From NCBI GenBank assembly GCA_964016885.1, contig OZ024762.1, forward strand, positions 12,524,001-12,588,000: a stretch of 64,000 nt of DNA. Direction: 5' to 3'. Positions 63,317-64,000 of this stretch are shown in pieces. Each line of letters begins with the position of its first letter. The first letter of the stretch is position 1. A program made the position numbers and the translations under genes. The DNA is from Eledone cirrhosa. Its lineage: Eukaryota. The notes under the pieces were generated by a model that saw nothing but the letters and a program-made list of their open reading frames with translations, was not told the origin of the DNA and did no database searches.

Positions 63317-63723
63317 TTATGTATCATCATCATCAATATGCAAGCTTGTAATTGAGAGGAAGCTTGACCCCTTAGTTTTACTTATATATTTGGCCATATT
63401 CATTTTCAAAGTAATTTTTTCGTTTGCTTGCAATCGTTCTGATGATGAGAATGGAATGACAAATTTTTCCTTGATGTCAAGATTATTTGCAAATTTTTCC
63501 TTGATGTCAAGATTATTTGATGTACTTTTTTGTAAAATATTGTTATAAGTATAATCTATTGAGAGCGTAAACACCTGTGATTTTATACTGCTCGGAATCT
63601 CCAATTGGATTCCACAATTTATTTGGTAAACTCCACTTTTCAGAACAAGAAAATGTGTTTTGTTTGACAACTCTATACCACCTCTATCAGTATTAATAGT
63701 CCACCTCAAATAGGTATCTTTCT
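63317..63723 (-). CDS. Terminal exon of a TNF-superfamily-like (TNF homology domain) protein; upstream exons not identified
   Basis: Minus-strand acceptor ttttcttttcag before 63723. The translation LRW...GGIELSNKTHFLVLKSGVYQINCGIQL...LQANEKITL...SFLSI fits the TNF pattern L-x-W / G-x-x-L / V-x-x-x-G-x-Y / L-x-x-x-[DE]-x-I-x-L / S-F. Confidence 0.62.
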
Positions 63724-64000
63724 CTGAAAAGAAAAGAAAAAAAAAGTAATAATAATGATTTCTGTATTAGCCACTCAGGGTTCACATTAAGGAAACATTA
63801 AAGATGATACAGTGCGGGTTTTTCTTTGTGTAAAATCACATTTATAAAAAAGACTAAGAAAATAAACATTGAAAACAAAAATTTGAGGAGACTCTAAGGG
63901 TCACTTGTGTAGGAATCCCACAAAAGCCATGGTCACCCTGTCCGCTAAGGTAAAGTGCCCTCCCCCAATCTACAGGTGTATGCAGGCCCAGTCACACAGA

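Noticed and set aside
63895-64000. Upstream exon of the TNF-like gene
   Set aside because: I could not establish a convincing donor and phase, and the window ends here.

Overview
Eukaryotic, repeat-saturated animal genomic DNA. The (AT)n/(AC)n/(ATC)n load and the SINE/RTE families look like an octopod cephalopod, but that is my recognition rather than a database result. Most of the window is one + strand gene, TRAPPC9 (NIBP/Trs120; Drosophila brunelleschi). I reconstructed it by hand as 24 coding exons from ATG 12350 to TAA 61507: 3813 nt, 1270 aa, with all splice phases consistent. Intron 20 is a U12-type (minor spliceosome) GT-AG intron. A convergent last exon of a TNF-superfamily-like gene lies at the right edge. 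Introns and flanks contain a dead DD37D Tc1/mariner element, RTE and CR1 LINE fragments, tRNA-derived SINEs, a piggyBac-like MITE with internal satellites, and a Penelope-like GIY-YIG fragment. Two things stand out. First, tandem arrays amplify TRAPPC9's own splice sites, including a 5 kb array of 152 in-frame, stop-free copies of the exon 16 donor. Second, many minimal type I hammerhead ribozyme motifs occur, mostly inside long fold-back palindromes. Nearly all long ORFs in the supplied track are repeat artefacts.
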